Of a stretch of DNA of 64,000 nucleotides, positions 51,226 to 64,000 are shown one piece after another (the stretch's first letter is position 1; each line of letters opens with the position of its first letter). The notes beneath the pieces were generated by a model, which saw nothing but the letters and a program-made list of their open reading frames with translations, searched no databases and was not told the origin of the DNA. The stretch spans positions 62,001-126,000 of the forward strand of contig MNCI01002112.1 in NCBI GenBank assembly GCA_015680685.1, written 5' to 3'. This DNA comes from Gnetum montanum. Its lineage: Eukaryota; Plantae; Gnetophyta. Both the position numbers and the translations under genes were made by a program.

Positions 51226-54200
51226 GGAAGAAAACCTATGTTATTACCAAAAGTAGCTAAATAATCTACCCTGGTAAACCCTAGACCCCACCAAAATCCT
51301 TTAGAGCTTTCAAAGATCTCAAAAATGGTCAAAAATTGCACAAAACTACCACACCCCTATCATCAACACTAGGGAAAACATGCCTAGTATGGAAGAAGGG
51401 GAAAATTACATGAGGCACTTAGAATCCTCCAAGATATTAAATCTTGACACTAAGCATTGATTATCGACACTCGTAACTCTAGAGGCTAACATGAATGGTT
51501 GATTGGTTATCAAACTAGCCTAGATTTAACTCTCATGGTTCTTCCACATCATGGGAGATCTCTTCTATGTTTTCTATCATGGAAACAAGGTGGATAAAGC
51601 TAATAAGATTAGTGGGGATTCCATATGCAAGAAAACAACATCAAACTGACTAGTAGTAACACTAGAACCTTAATAGCCTCTCTGGAAGCCACTAGAATGC
51701 TAAAAATCAACTCCCTAAGATTCTTCCACACTAAGAAAAACCTTAGCCATGTTAAGAATCCTAGTCATAGTGTGGATGAAAAGGGTAAAGATAAAACTAT
51801 TGAATTTTGTATGCAATTTGACTTCCAAAAGTAATCCAATCCTTCTGGAAGCTACTAGACTTCTAAAAGTTACTTGAAACAACAACAACTAGCCTTCCTT
51901 GCACTCTCCATGATAAGGAGGATTCCATCCATGCTAATCATCCCAGCCCCAACATGGATGAAGTGAGGAAAGCTTAAAAAATCTTTCATAGGCCCTGAAA
52001 TTACTAGATTTTAACACCAGCAACCCTGTGGACACACATGCATAATCAAAGCTATTAAGAATTAGTCAAAAGTAGAGTTTCCTAATTATTCCATGTTGGG
52101 AGCCACCTCTTTCATGCTAGCCATCATGGAAGTAGTGGGGTAACTTTAGGAAAACTTTAAAATATCCCTTGGATACCTTAAACAGATGCTAGAAAGCCCT
52201 GTACGTGTCCTAGGATCCTATTTGTGCATCCTAAAACCCTCAAACTCATAAAAATTGAACATAGATAGACAAATACCTTGTTTCCCTAATCTTCCATGCT
52301 AAGCATAAGAACCCTAGTGTGGAAAATAGGGGAAACATAAAAACACCATCTAAAAACCCCTAAAACAACAAAATGTTGACATTAGGAAGTAGTAGTCAAT
52401 ACTAGCAATCTTTGAGACTTGCATGCATGACTAGAAATGATAAAAAATAATAAAAAATATAGTATCTTATTGCTTTCATGTTGGCTAGCATGGAAGAAAT
52501 GGGAGAAGCCCAAACTATTAAGCCTCCAAATTAACTAGTTTTGACTGTAGACCCTATTGCTTAACCCAGGAAACCCTAGGAGCACACATTCATAGTCAAT
52601 TAAAGTTAAAATTAGTCTCGATGTAAGTTTTATAATTCTTCCATACTAAGGGCCCTCTCTTTCACAGTAGCCAATGTGCATATTGAGGGAGGGACTTATT
52701 TGAGGATCATAAACACCTCAAAATAACACCAAATGACCTTGCATGCACTCTAGAACCCTATCATCACCCACTAGAGCCTTCAAACCTTAGGAAACTAATC
52801 CCAAATAGCTAAAACGATACTCCCCAAGTCTTCCATTTTGATCAGAGAATCCCTAGCATGGAAAAAAGTGGGAAAGCCCATAAAACACTTAGGAACACTT
52901 CAAACTACCAAAGTTTTACCTAGAACCCTAGCTCTTAATCTTGGTAACTTTGGAAGCTAACATGCATAGTTAATTGTGATTCAAATTGATCTAGATATGA
53001 GATTATTGCCCCATCCATGCTAGAAGAGGCCCCTTCCATGTTGGGTAGCATGGAAATAAGGGGGAAAAGATGATTTCCCATTTTTGATGATAAGATGACA
53101 CTCCCAGAGACCAAAAATCTACACTAGAGAAGCCTAGGACCTCATAGCCTTAAGATTATGTTTCTTTGATCTTGTTTTAGCCTCCAAAACTTATTCCTCT
53201 CATTCCTCCATGCTGGAGCAACTTCCCTGGCATGGAAATAAGGGGGGGGGGGGGGGGGGGGGGTAAGACCTTAGGTGCCCCTGAATGACCTCCAAACGTG
53301 TCCAAAATTAGCTAGAAACTTACAAAATCATAATCTATAGCCCTAGGAACCTAGTCAACATTCTCTCAAATCATCTTGTAATCATTAAACAATTTTCCCC
53401 CCATTCTTCCACATTAGGGATGTTGTGATCAGTGTGGAAGAATAGGGGAAATCCATTTAAGCATGTTTTGACTCACAAAACTGACTCAAATGACCTCAAA
53501 ATGAAGCTAGAGGATGAACAACTCCTAGATTTGGATTCCATCTACCTATTTGACCATATTTGATCCTTTTTAAACTTTGATTTTGGTTTTCCATGTTAAA
53601 CCCCCTTCCTTCTACACTAGCCAACATGGAAGTAGGGGGTTAATCTCTAGAACCTACTTTTTGACCTTTACTGATCTCCAAAGTGCCTAATTCTGATAGA
53701 TATGGCCCTATTCTACCTTATAAAGGTCCCAGAAACTCGATTTTGGACTAGATGCCCAAAAACCTACTTTCCTTGTTTTCTAAATTAAGGATCACTTCTT
53801 CCATGCTAGCTAGTATGAAAATAGAGGGGGTTTAGTATGAAAGCCTTAAAACTCTTGATCTCTAGTTTGAAATAGTTAAGAAACAATAGTGACTGATACC
53901 CAAACTCACTTAACAACCTTGTAGCCTTAAACCATGGCCCACTAAGGCCTAAACGTTGTTAAACCTAATCACTTTTTATGTATATTATCCAAGTATCAAC
54001 ATATGTAGCTTATTTTGCATTATTTAGCCTTATTACATGATGTTTCTACTTGTTTCTACCTTATGTTCCATTGTTGACCTTGATAACCTTCTTATAGCCT
54101 TTATATAGCCTTATATTTCCCTTTTTTAGCTTATTATAGGCTTATTTGCCTTTGTTTCTCCTTTGATTGGTATCCTTGACCACTATTTGAAATCATGTGA

Positions 54201-54504
54201 CCATGGCCCACTAAGGCCTTAAATTGGAATCATAGTCCACCAAGACTAAACTAACATCATGGTCTACTAAGGCCTAAAACTAGTGAAATTGTGGCCCTTA
54301 TTGACCATTTGTAGCCATATGTCTCATACTTCCCTTTATTTGGCCCTTGTTGCACTTTGTTTACTTGTTTTTTACTCTATTTATAATATTGGATGACACT
54401 ATTTGGATTAGAATAACATATATTTGCATAATTTTATAGCATTTTAGCATTGTTTATTTATTTTTGTCCAAGTTCCACTTAATATGCTTCTAGTTAACAT
54501 GTAG

Positions 54505-55860
54505 GATCAAAGTATGAGTACGTAGGAGTAGATCAATCTAACTTTGAGCTTAAGTGGATCCCATGGTGATGTAGAATGGTATATCAACCCTAATTACCTA
54601 GATCTTGAGCTTGAGAGTTTTGCCAACTGCATAGCCTTGATAGAGAAACCCTATAGAATGGCCTAAAAACCTAGTCAAAACCCTTAACTTAGAGGTGGAT
54701 GACATAACTGAAGACTCTCTAGTTAAGGTTCCTATCACAACACATAGTGGTGAGGAGAAAAACCTTAAATTAAGTTTCTCATTAAAACCTCAATAGGTTC
54801 AAGACATCACCAAGGTTCTACAAGGAAACATTAAGACCTTTGCCTAGTCATATGAAGATATGCCAGGCCTAGACCCAAGCTTAGTCTAACACAACATCAT
54901 ACTTGACCCTAGTATTAGATTGATTAAGTAGAAATTATGCAACATTAGACTTGATTTGGCCTTGGCAGTTCATGATAAGATCTCAAAGCTCTACCAATTT
55001 AGTTTCATTAGGGCTATTGACTACATAGAATGGGTGTCCAACATAGTAGTAGTTCCTAAAAAAATGGGAGTATCCATACTTACATTAATTTCTAAGACCT
55101 AAATAAAGTGATCATCAAGGATGACTTCCCTATGCCTAGTATTGATCAACTTATTAATACTACGGTTGGACATGCCTTGTTATCCTTCATGGATGGATTC
55201 TTAGAATATAAATAGAATAGGATTAACCCAAAGCACCAACTTAGCATTACCTTCATGACCCCTTGGGCTACCATTTGCTATACCATGATGTCCTTTGGCC
55301 TTAAGAACATTTGAGCAGCCTATCAATGAGCCATGATCTACATGCTAGGTTTGCTTAACAATTATGTAGATGATATAGTCATTAAGTCCAAAGTGGGCAA
55401 TGATCATGCTAATGACCTAGACATTGTGATTAAATGATGCCTCAAGTATGAGCTTAGGCTCAATCTTAAGAAATGTATCTTTTGTGTCAAGACCAGCAAG
55501 ATGCTTAGCTTGGTAGTATCTAAAGTAAGGATACATATCAATGTTAATAAGGTTAAGGCCATATCTAAATTAGTAGTGTCTACCAACCTTGAGGAGCTTC
55601 AAGGATTACAAGATAGATTATAATTTATTCATAGGTTTATTGCTATGCTTACAAATAAATTATAGTCTATACAACACTTGATTAAGAAAGGGGTTCACTA
55701 TGAGTGAATGGCTCAATGCCAAGAGGCCTTTAAAAATCTTATGCAAGAGTTGGCACAACTATTGATAGTCTATCCTCTACAAGAGGGCGAATTGTTTTAC
55801 ATATACCATGCCATATCTAACACATACATTGCTTTTTTACTCTATTAGAAACATGATGAT
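54505..55860 (+). pseudogene. pol: RT and start of RH of copy D
   Basis: SYEDMPGLDP, KDDFPMP, LSFMDGF, FGLKN, NYVDDI (~55362); colinear with B 16326-17690. Confidence 0.88.
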
Positions 55861-55869
55861 GTAGGTAGT

Positions 55870-57141
55870 GTGAAAATGAGGTAGATATTCAATGGTGCTT
55901 ATACATAGTAGGCACAAAATAAGAGGACACCCAGTGGCTAACAATTGATCTTGGAAGTAGCACACTTTGCATCAAACCTACTAAGAGCCTAACATGTGTC
56001 TATGTTGAAGGCATGGATGAACTAGAGCAATTTCATCAGAAACTCTATGATAATGAAAATTATGATATCAATTGGAAAGAGTTGGAAATCCATAAAATTT
56101 TAAACAAGAGCCCTTAAGTTAAAAACTCTACCTATTTACATGAAGTATGAATTTTTGAAAAATGATAAGTCGGTAATCATCAATGTCAATCTTGCTCCTA
56201 AATAGAAACAAATGTTGTTAAGGATAGTTAATAAATGGCTAACAACATTTGCTTGATCATATCCTAAACTCATAGGGATTGATCCTAGGATATGCCAACA
56301 TCATAATTACACTAATTTGCCCATGAAGCCAAAGAGGTAGCCGTAGCGACAATTGAACCCAAAATTAAAGTAGATTGTCAAAGAGGAAATTGAGAAAATC
56401 CTCAAGGTAGGATTTATGTATCCCATTGTGAATTGTGAATGGATTAGCCTACTCATGATTGTGCCAAAGAAAGGTGGTAAGTGGTGGATCTACATCAACT
56501 TCTAGCTGTTGAATATGGTAATATTCAAAGATCACTTTTCATTGCCATTTGTGAATCAAGTATTGGATGCTATATCTAGGAATTACTATTATAGCTTTCT
56601 AGATGGTTATAGTAGCTATAAGAAAATCTAGATCATGCTAGAGGATTAGGCCAAAATAACATTCATAAGTCCTTAAAGGATTTTTGCATATTTTATGCCA
56701 TTTGATCTATGCAATTCTTCTGCAACATTTCGATGCTTGGTCTGGAGCATTTTTTAGTAAAAAATTGGTTGCAAGGTGAAAGTATTCATGGATAAATTCT
56801 CTACATTTGGTGCCACATTTGAGCAACCCTTAAACCACCTTGAGAAAGAGCTTAAAAGATGTGTAGAGAAAAATCTTTAGCTCAATTGAAAAAAGTGCTA
56901 TTTAATGGTCCAAGAGGGCATTATATTAGGGCATAGAATTTCTTAGATAGGGATTGAGATGGACCTTGAAAAGATAAGTGTCATTCATGTAGTAACTCAC
57001 CAGATAGAAATTGTTAATGATGTACAATCATTTCTTAGACACACTAGCTACTATTAGTATTTTATAGAGAATCTCTCTAAGATCAAAAAATCACTAGTTC
57101 AACTTACAAAGAAAGATATTTCATTCATATGGATTAAGGAA
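55870..57141 (+). pseudogene. pol: Unrelated Athila-like RT fragment
   Basis: IVPKKGG, KDHFSLPFVNQVL, YYSFLDGYSSY, VFMDK (mutated VFMDD), GIILGH. Cut at 57142 by the LTR of copy E. Confidence 0.8.
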
Positions 57142-59151
57142 TGAAACACCATAACATTTTAGGACCCTGGTGCCTCAGCAGAATCTTGAAATTTGGGTAA
57201 GGACTTCCACAAGTGCAGCATCACGATGGGCCATCAAGATAGTATAGGCACTAAGTGTAGACTATATAGTTCAACAAGTTTTCTATCTCTAGGGCTGCAA
57301 GCCTATTGGACTCTCTAGCTTGCCCAATTGGACAATTGACATAGTTGGCAGTCTATCCAGAGACCATGCTAGGAGTTGCTGAAAGTGTTTAGGATGAGCT
57401 AAATAGTTCAGCAAGTTTTCTAACAAAGAAATCTACTATGCTATTCTACGTTGCACAACATAGAAAGCCTTGAAGAGACCAATCAGATGTCCAAGATGCA
57501 AATTGATAACAAGCCAGTCTTCCAGAGCATTTACCCTATTTCATCGTTGAAGCATCAGCAATATGGCACAATAGAATGTGATGAATTTTATCAAGTATTA
57601 TCTCAATCTGAGTGCTAGGCTATGCTACACTACGTAGTGTAGCACAACATAGTAGAGATGTACTTCGACAACACTCCTACTTGGGTAGCTCTGACAAAGT
57701 AAAAGCACTTGCCCCTACTTCAATCATTAAACAAGCTTGCTCTACTAACACACCAAGACATGACAACATCCTATGACAAAAATGTTTGCAAAAACGAGTC
57801 AGGATTCGACCAACACTGGGTGCTATGCTATGCTACGCTATGCAGTGTAGCATAGTGTTGTAAGGGCAAAACACATAGAGGCCCCTTTGTTAAGTGACTC
57901 CAGTAAGAGAATCACACTTGACAATGCTTTGGCCTTCAAAACTACCTATCCACCTTAGCCCTCATACCTCAAGCAGAGTTTCCTAATAAAATGTTTCAGA
58001 TTAAACAAGGATGCATGTTACATTGGCTGCTATGTTGTGCTACACTGCATAGCGTAGCACAACATAGCGAGGATGAAAAATAATAGAATGCCCTAAGGAT
58101 GAACTCAGTAGGTCTAAAGGCTTTCTAGCATGGAAGATGAAGTTGTAGTTGCTTGTCTGACCAAGCCTCAGATATATGCTCTCAGCTTCTAAGCAAGACT
58201 CCTTTCAATACTGGTGGCTATGCTATGCTATGTTACGTAGTGTAGCACAATGTAGCATGCAATTACTTACACTACGTCAACATGATGGACAACGTAAGTA
58301 ATGTAACACTTACATGGAGGCATCAAGACATTTTCAGTTAGCTCTAAAACTTGTCGGTAATGATCATTCTCACCCTGGCACCTCTTTGGTAGACAAAATC
58401 AACAAGATTTTTTAATTTTGCATACCCCTAGTCAAATCCAAAAATTGTCCCTATGCTTGACCCTGCTCACAACCACACTTGCACCTTGTGGGACCTAGGA
58501 CACATGGCATCCAGACCACATTTTTCTCTTGCTCATGGCCCTATAAATACCCTGGAAAACAATGCTCAAAGGGTTAGCCTTTTGCACGGTTTGCTTTTGG
58601 GTTAGCTTTTGGATAGCATAGTTGGCATTTTTAGCATTTTGGATAGCTTTGAGAATTCTGGTTGACTCTAGACATCCTTTTGTAGGTCTAGCATTTTGGC
58701 ACTTTGGCAAGTAGATTGGCAACCACAAGAATCTCGAGTAGCGAGCTATTGGCTATTGTTTAGGGATTTGTGACCATACCACTCTGTTGTAAGTTGTGCC
58801 ATTCTATTGATGCATATTTAGTTGTATGCTTTGCAACAAAATAAAGATCAGATCTGCCATCTTGGAATGATGCATTTTCTCACCCAAGTCTCTTTTATTC
58901 TTTGTTTACTATCATTATGTTTTGCACTACTTTGTTGTCTTGCATTTGTTGATCATTACTTTAGTTCACTCCTAAAACAAATGTTTATGAAAGGTTAATT
59001 TACACCTATTAAGTTCCTATCTGATCGACCAGACCATTTAGGGTACCTTGTTTCTATTTCTCTCTAGCATGGCCCTCACACTAATCCAGGGTTAAACTGT
59101 ACATCCAAAAACTTCTCGGTGTTCCAACCATCGACATTTTTGGTTGCTACA
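57142..59151 (+). repeat. 5' LTR of copy E (~2.0 kb)
   Basis: TGAAACACC start, TATAAA at 58542, GTTGCTACA end. Confidence 0.85.
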
Positions 59152-59156
59152 TTTTT

Positions 59157-59173
59157 TGGCACTAGAAGTAGGG
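59157..59173 (+). promoter_or_regulatory. PBS, tRNA-Asn type (copy E)
   Basis: TGGCACTAGAAGTAGGG located 5 nt after the LTR end. Confidence 0.75.
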
Positions 59174-59391
59174 CCTTTTGGTTTCCTTTCTACGTCTTAA
59201 GGGTAGTCCTGCATGTTGTCTGTACCCTATCATCGACTAGTATAGACATGTCACCTTTGTGGTTGTCTACACATCATGTGATGCAGACTGGTCGCAACGA
59301 TGGTTCCTTTGGAACCTGGTAGGAGAAAAAGCCTATGATCGCTTATTTATTTCTATGTTTCTCATTCGTGATTTTCTTTTAATCATATAAA

Positions 59392-62300
59392 ATGATTCCA
59401 GCAACCACTGCCATTCCCGCCTTGAACCTTGAGATTCCTTTCTTGGTTGAAAACACCATAGGTGCTGAGTGACGACCTAGCCTAGTGGTGGCAACACGTT
59501 AGTCTCTTAGGCTCTAACACCTGTCACCTAAGTGCTTGGCATAAGAAGGAGAGCACTATGACTTCGTCTATGCAAAGATCTAAATGAATCTACCCTTGGA
59601 TCGCCAAGAACTCAAAGATAGATGTAACTTTGAGTTCCTTCATTGGAATGGAAGGCAATTTATCCCTACCCCTGACGTTACCATCCATCTGATGGATACA
59701 TATTAGTGGATCTTAGACTAGATGATATAAGTTAGTAAGTCTAGGAAGCGAAATATGACGTCCCATTATGACGAGGTGTTCCAGGATAGACAAGAAGACC
59801 TAGACTTCCATTCTGAGGATGATGGCTACACCTACCCTATGGTTATCCCTCCCACCGCGGTCTTCTGGTCAAGCTCGCTCTTTGCTCTTTCCCCCTTTGT
59901 GATTACCATGACTCTGCCACAACCTATACTTTTGTTAGCCATGGGTAGCCATCCCATACCCTTAGTGTACCGAATCACTACCCCTTCAATTTCACTCCCA
60001 AGCACTCTCCCTCCTCACTTTTTCCTGTCATCATACTAAGAACTAGTCATAGCTACATTTCCATATGTGCACACTGTGCCTACATCAAAGTTGCATGGAG
60101 TTCCCACTCCCATTCCATCATCAACACCTATTCCACCATCAATGGTAGGCCCAACCCCAACCACATGGTGGACTCCAACCACTTCTCTCCCTGTTGCACA
60201 ATCCTTCCAAATGTCACATCACATTCATTCCCAAGCATACCGAGTCCCGCAAGTGGTACAACCAAGCGTGGGGCTATGGTCTACCCCATTAGTCATGCAA
60301 ATTACCAAGCCCACAGCTCTACCAGCGTCCACCCCACCAACAACATCACCCACCGAATGGTGGATGGCCCAAGTAGCACCATTTGCAAGAGCAGCACCAG
60401 CAATGCCCCCCATGGGCTAGGCTGCTACCCTTCTACCAAAATCCCCATTGGCACATGTGACAGCTGCTCATGCAACCTAGTAGTCATCTACAATGTTACT
60501 GGGTCTAGACTAAGCATTCCAACTTATCTAAACTATCACTAAATAGATTAAACGTCTCAAAGTCATCGGTTTTGACACGGTGTAGGTCATGGATTTCTAC
60601 CATGAAAACCCCATTAACCCACTCATCCCCATGCTCATGTTATCCCCTAGGATGCCACTCCCCTAATTCAAAAAATACAATGGGGAGGGAAATCCCAACA
60701 CATATTTAGTTACGTTTAGATCTGAATCTCTATTATTGTAATAGTGGCCACGCACCATCATCCATGTCTTTGCAATGTCTTTGATGGGCAAAGCTCTAAA
60801 CTGGTACCGTGCCCTCCCACACACCTCCATATCAACTCTGGAAGAGCTACTGAGTCAGTTCATGATCCATTTCAAGTATAACTTGAAACCGAAGGTCACG
60901 TTGGATAAGTTGATGAGCATCAAGCAAGACCCACTGGAAGCTGTGCAAAGGTTCATATAGCAGTGGAGTACCACCTTGAATGAGATCCACGAGCCTATCA
61001 TGGAGGCTCATTTTTTGGCTATCTTCAAGGGGTCAATAAATGACTTCATTAAGTCAAAATTGTACTACCTTGCCCTACACTCCCTCAGTTAAGATTTCGC
61101 TTAGATGAAGAGTATTCAAGATGCAGCCAAAGCTAGTAAGGACCCAGCCTATGTTGCATACAAAAACACATATATCAAGAAGGACAAGGATAAGGGTAAG
61201 GACGCAATAGCCATGATGGTCGATATGGCAAACAAGGCCAAACCCAACAACAACAACAATAAAAAGGCAACCATAGCAACAACATCTGGCTCAAGCAACA
61301 TTGGTCAGCCTTCAACATCAACACCAGAGGCATCAACCTAGCCTAAACCCAACTTCGAGCACAAGGACCACTTCAAGTACACTCCTTTACCCGTTAAGCC
61401 TTCAAAACTCCCAAAGAAACTATTGGGGCCTAGGTATATTTAGCACAAGTGGATGTCAGAGGAGGTGATTAAGTGTCATAAGAAATACTGCAAACTTCTT
61501 AAGGACCCCTTCTTGACCATGCCCAATGAGCCGCAAGTTCCTAAGAATTTCATATTGGAATGGTTTTGTGATTACCATCAACTATGTGATCATGACATGG
61601 ACTACTACTTGGCATTGAAAGATGACATTCAACACATGATCAATCAAGGAAACCTTTTCCTATATGAAAGTAGTCCTATCTTCCCTAAAAACCAATCCAT
61701 GCACATTTACTAGAAACCCCTCAATGCTAAGAATGTGGGGTATATCATCAACATGATTTCCATTAACAGTAACCCAGAACCACCACAGCAACCTTTCGTG
61801 GTGCTTGTGCCTCAATGTGGTGTGGCGACACCAAAAATAGCAAAAAAAACACCACAACAACCATTCATCGTTAAAGTTCCCCCTTAGACATTTGCCCCTG
61901 CACCTTTCATGCTCAAACCCACACCACTACCTTCACCAATACCACAAGAACCATTTTTCATTAGGATGCCAAAACATTCAACTACCCCTCCCATACAAAA
62001 CCAACCAACTAAAATAGCCTCACAACACCCTCGTTCAAAAAATGGGAAGAGTGTTTGGTGGATAGGATGGCCAAGGAACACACCACCCTAGGTCCTCCCA
62101 AGCCTATCCCCTTGTCCTTGGGACCTGCAGTCCCCTCATCATCAACAACTAATAATGACATACAGAAGCAATCACCACTGCCCTGTCCAAGAAAGCAAAA
62201 CCCTCAACTTGAAGCTCCCCCTCCTCAGGAGATTCATCTCCTAGGATGAATGGAGGAGGAGAAGGGTAATAGGAAAGATGGTGGGCAGGATCTATTCAAC

Positions 62301-63180
62301 ACCCTCACCTAGGTTAAACAGGCTCTGAAATAGAAAAGCACAACCTTGAGCCTGTATGACGTAGTGATGAATTCTACTATGCATTGTAAGGCCATGGTTC
62401 GCATGTTCATGTTAATACTAGTCAACGAAAACATGTTGGAAGTGGACAAAGTGATTCATGCTGTTATGCTTCCCTCTACAGCCAAGGACTCTTGGCCATC
62501 TCAGCTAACATTCCACGATGAGTCCATTAAGGATGATCCTGAAAAGGGTCAAGTGATAACAACACCCATGTTCATCATGATTTAGGTCAGTCAGTGTAAG
62601 ATCTGAAGGGTACATGTTGATGATGGGGCTTCTTCTAATGTCATCCCCTTTTCCATAGTGGACAAATTGGGCTTGGTTGATCAAATCAAGCCCATGATGA
62701 CATATTGCCCAAAATTATTTAACGGGGCATGTGTGCAAGTAAAATGAACTGTGCACATCAACTTTGTAGTAGTGTACCAGTTCCCCACAAGTGCAGTATT
62801 CATAGTCGTAGAGGAAATGCCTGGGTTGAACCTAACCCTAGGGAGATCGTGGCTAGCCCAATTGAGGGTTGTTTCATCTCCGATATACCTGGAGATTCAA
62901 TTGCCCTATGTGGGAAGGAAAGTGGTAATTCATGGCGATCAACTGGCCCCTTGAGCCATAAAAAATGTAGGAATGGAGGAAGGATCAAAGATTGAAATCT
63001 CTGAAGACCAAACCCCCATTCGAACTAAAGCTCTTGAATAAGTTGAAATGAGTTCAAACGAAGTAGCAACATGGGCTGAGCTACCCTTTGAAGTAGTAGA
63101 TGATGACATAAATGAATATCATAATAAGGCCCCTCAACCATATGCATCACCGAGCCCACGATGCGTTAGGATGTAGCTGT
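59392..63180 (+). pseudogene. gag: Degenerate gag-protease (copy E)
   Basis: FKKYNGEGNPNTYL, SLMGKALNWY, FCDYHQLCDH, RVHVDDGASSNV ~62606, LNLTLGRSWL. Confidence 0.9.
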
Positions 63181-63359
63181 GAGAATGATCACTGCTTGCA
63201 TTAGCATAACTACATCACTGCTTTCACCCTATTTACTGTGTTCATTAACGATGTGTCCACTAGTCACACTGCTTTACTTTGTATTCATTGTTTATGTTAG
63301 CGTTTCCTCATTGTTTACATTGTCCACATTATGTCCATTGTTTACATCACACCACAGCC

Positions 63360-63592
63360 TGGTAAGGCCTAAAACTGGCAGAAATTTTTTATTTTTATCA
63401 TCCTATGATGGCCCAAAATGGCCTTAAACTACTACTACGACCCACTAAGGCCTAAAACTAGCAATATTTTTATTTCATCATACGATGGCCCGAAATGGCC
63501 TAAAACTAGCGATGGCCTAAAATGGCCTACAACTAGAAATGGCCTGAAATGGCCTAAAACTAGTGATGGCTTGAAATGGCCTAAAACTAAAA
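63360..63592 (+). repeat. 27-bp ATGGCC...TAAAACTAG minisatellite (copy E)
   Basis: Four tandem units at 63485-63590 plus upstream partial units. Confidence 0.88.
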
Positions 63593-63749
63593 TGTGGAGC
63601 TTCCAAGGAGCTTAAAAAAAAGAATAAAAAAATAAATACAACACACTAGCCAAAATGAAATAAACCTCTTCACATTATATTCTTCATTCAATATCAACCA
63701 ATAATGTTTACAAAAATTTTTGTATATTCATAAACAAGAATAAAATTCC

Positions 63750-64000
63750 CCGTCGCTACACTATGAGTCTTTGCCCGCATCACCATTCCCTACTTCATTG
63801 GGTCTCGCATCTTCATTTGGATCCTATGGAAAAATTAAATAAATAAAAAAATCAATTAAATCTACAACAAAGGTTGTTATAAAATAGACTATGACACGAC
63901 AAAAGGTAACTAACCTAAGATGGCCCTGCATCCATTTCAGGGGGTAATTGATCCATTTTGGCCACAAGACGTTGAAATATCTCATCGGTGATGTTGGCCT
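63750..64000 (-). pseudogene. Terminal exons of the antisense gene (copy E)
   Basis: Intron 63914-63824 (AG|GTTAGT...TTCCATAG|GATCC) at the same position as in A, B and C. Confidence 0.7.

Larger units (their letters stand above)
49230..53830 (+). repeat. Degenerate tandem array of ~18 units (~187 bp), each with a palindromic TTCCATG...CATGGAA core; split by a solo LTR
   Basis: Right-arm (A/G)TGGA(A/T) at 51389, 51579, 51772, 51954, 52126, 52319, 52490, 52676 (degenerate), 52858, 53050, 53232, 53434, 53626 and 53815 (degenerate). Further units at ~49264, 49426, 49638 and 49810. Confidence 0.8.
39200..55860 (+). mobile_element. Divergent Tat-type element, copy D (gag-PR-[antisense gene]-palindrome array-RT; no LTRs of its own seen)
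   Basis: Same domain order as copy B. AT-richer and more decayed. Confidence 0.82.
57142..64000 (+). mobile_element. Tat-type gypsy element, copy E (5'LTR-PBS-gag-PR-minisatellite-last exons of antisense gene; runs off the window)
   Basis: Colinear with copies B and C. Confidence 0.9.

Noticed and set aside
49840-51230. Target-site duplication of the solo LTR
   Set aside because: The flanks ATAAG and GGAAG match at only 3 of 5 positions, which is not enough to claim.
49230-53830. CRISPR-like array (palindromic repeats with variable spacers)
   Set aside because: Eukaryotic TE context, degenerate repeats, spacers of about 150 bp that are weakly related to each other, and no cas genes.

Overview
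Plant heterochromatin made entirely of nested, decayed LTR retrotransposons. I found no intact host gene, and most tracked ORFs are broken fragments or off-frame noise. The dominant component is one Ty3/gypsy Tat-type lineage (tRNA-Asn PBS; gag with C-x2-H-x3-GH-x4-C knuckle; RT-RH-aRH-INT; no chromodomain), present as five partial copies plus a solo LTR. The copies are A 1-4531 (-), B 4532-~20020 (+), C 20409-~28620 (+), D ~39200-55860 (+, more divergent) and E 57142-64000 (+); the solo LTR is at 49845-51225 (-). The key finding is that gag-PR and RT are separated by 5.6 kb (B) or about 11.7 kb (D, including the solo LTR). This interval holds an ANTISENSE gene of about 7 exons whose splice sites are conserved between copies. 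Hand-splicing gives a protein with an N-terminal FCP1/SCP-like (NIF, HAD-fold) phosphatase domain lacking its catalytic aspartates, then a probable Plant Mobile Domain-like region, a coiled coil and an acidic tail. RT starts right after a conserved sense-strand splice acceptor, which suggests the cargo gene lies in a giant Ogre-like PR/RT intron. Copy D also carries an array of about 18 palindromic motifs at a period of about 187 bp. Other remnants are an Athila-like 3' end (env-like ORF, PPT, 3' LTR), two other gypsy pol fragments and a SIRE-like copia 3' half. All domain calls are by-eye motif recognition and need HMM confirmation.
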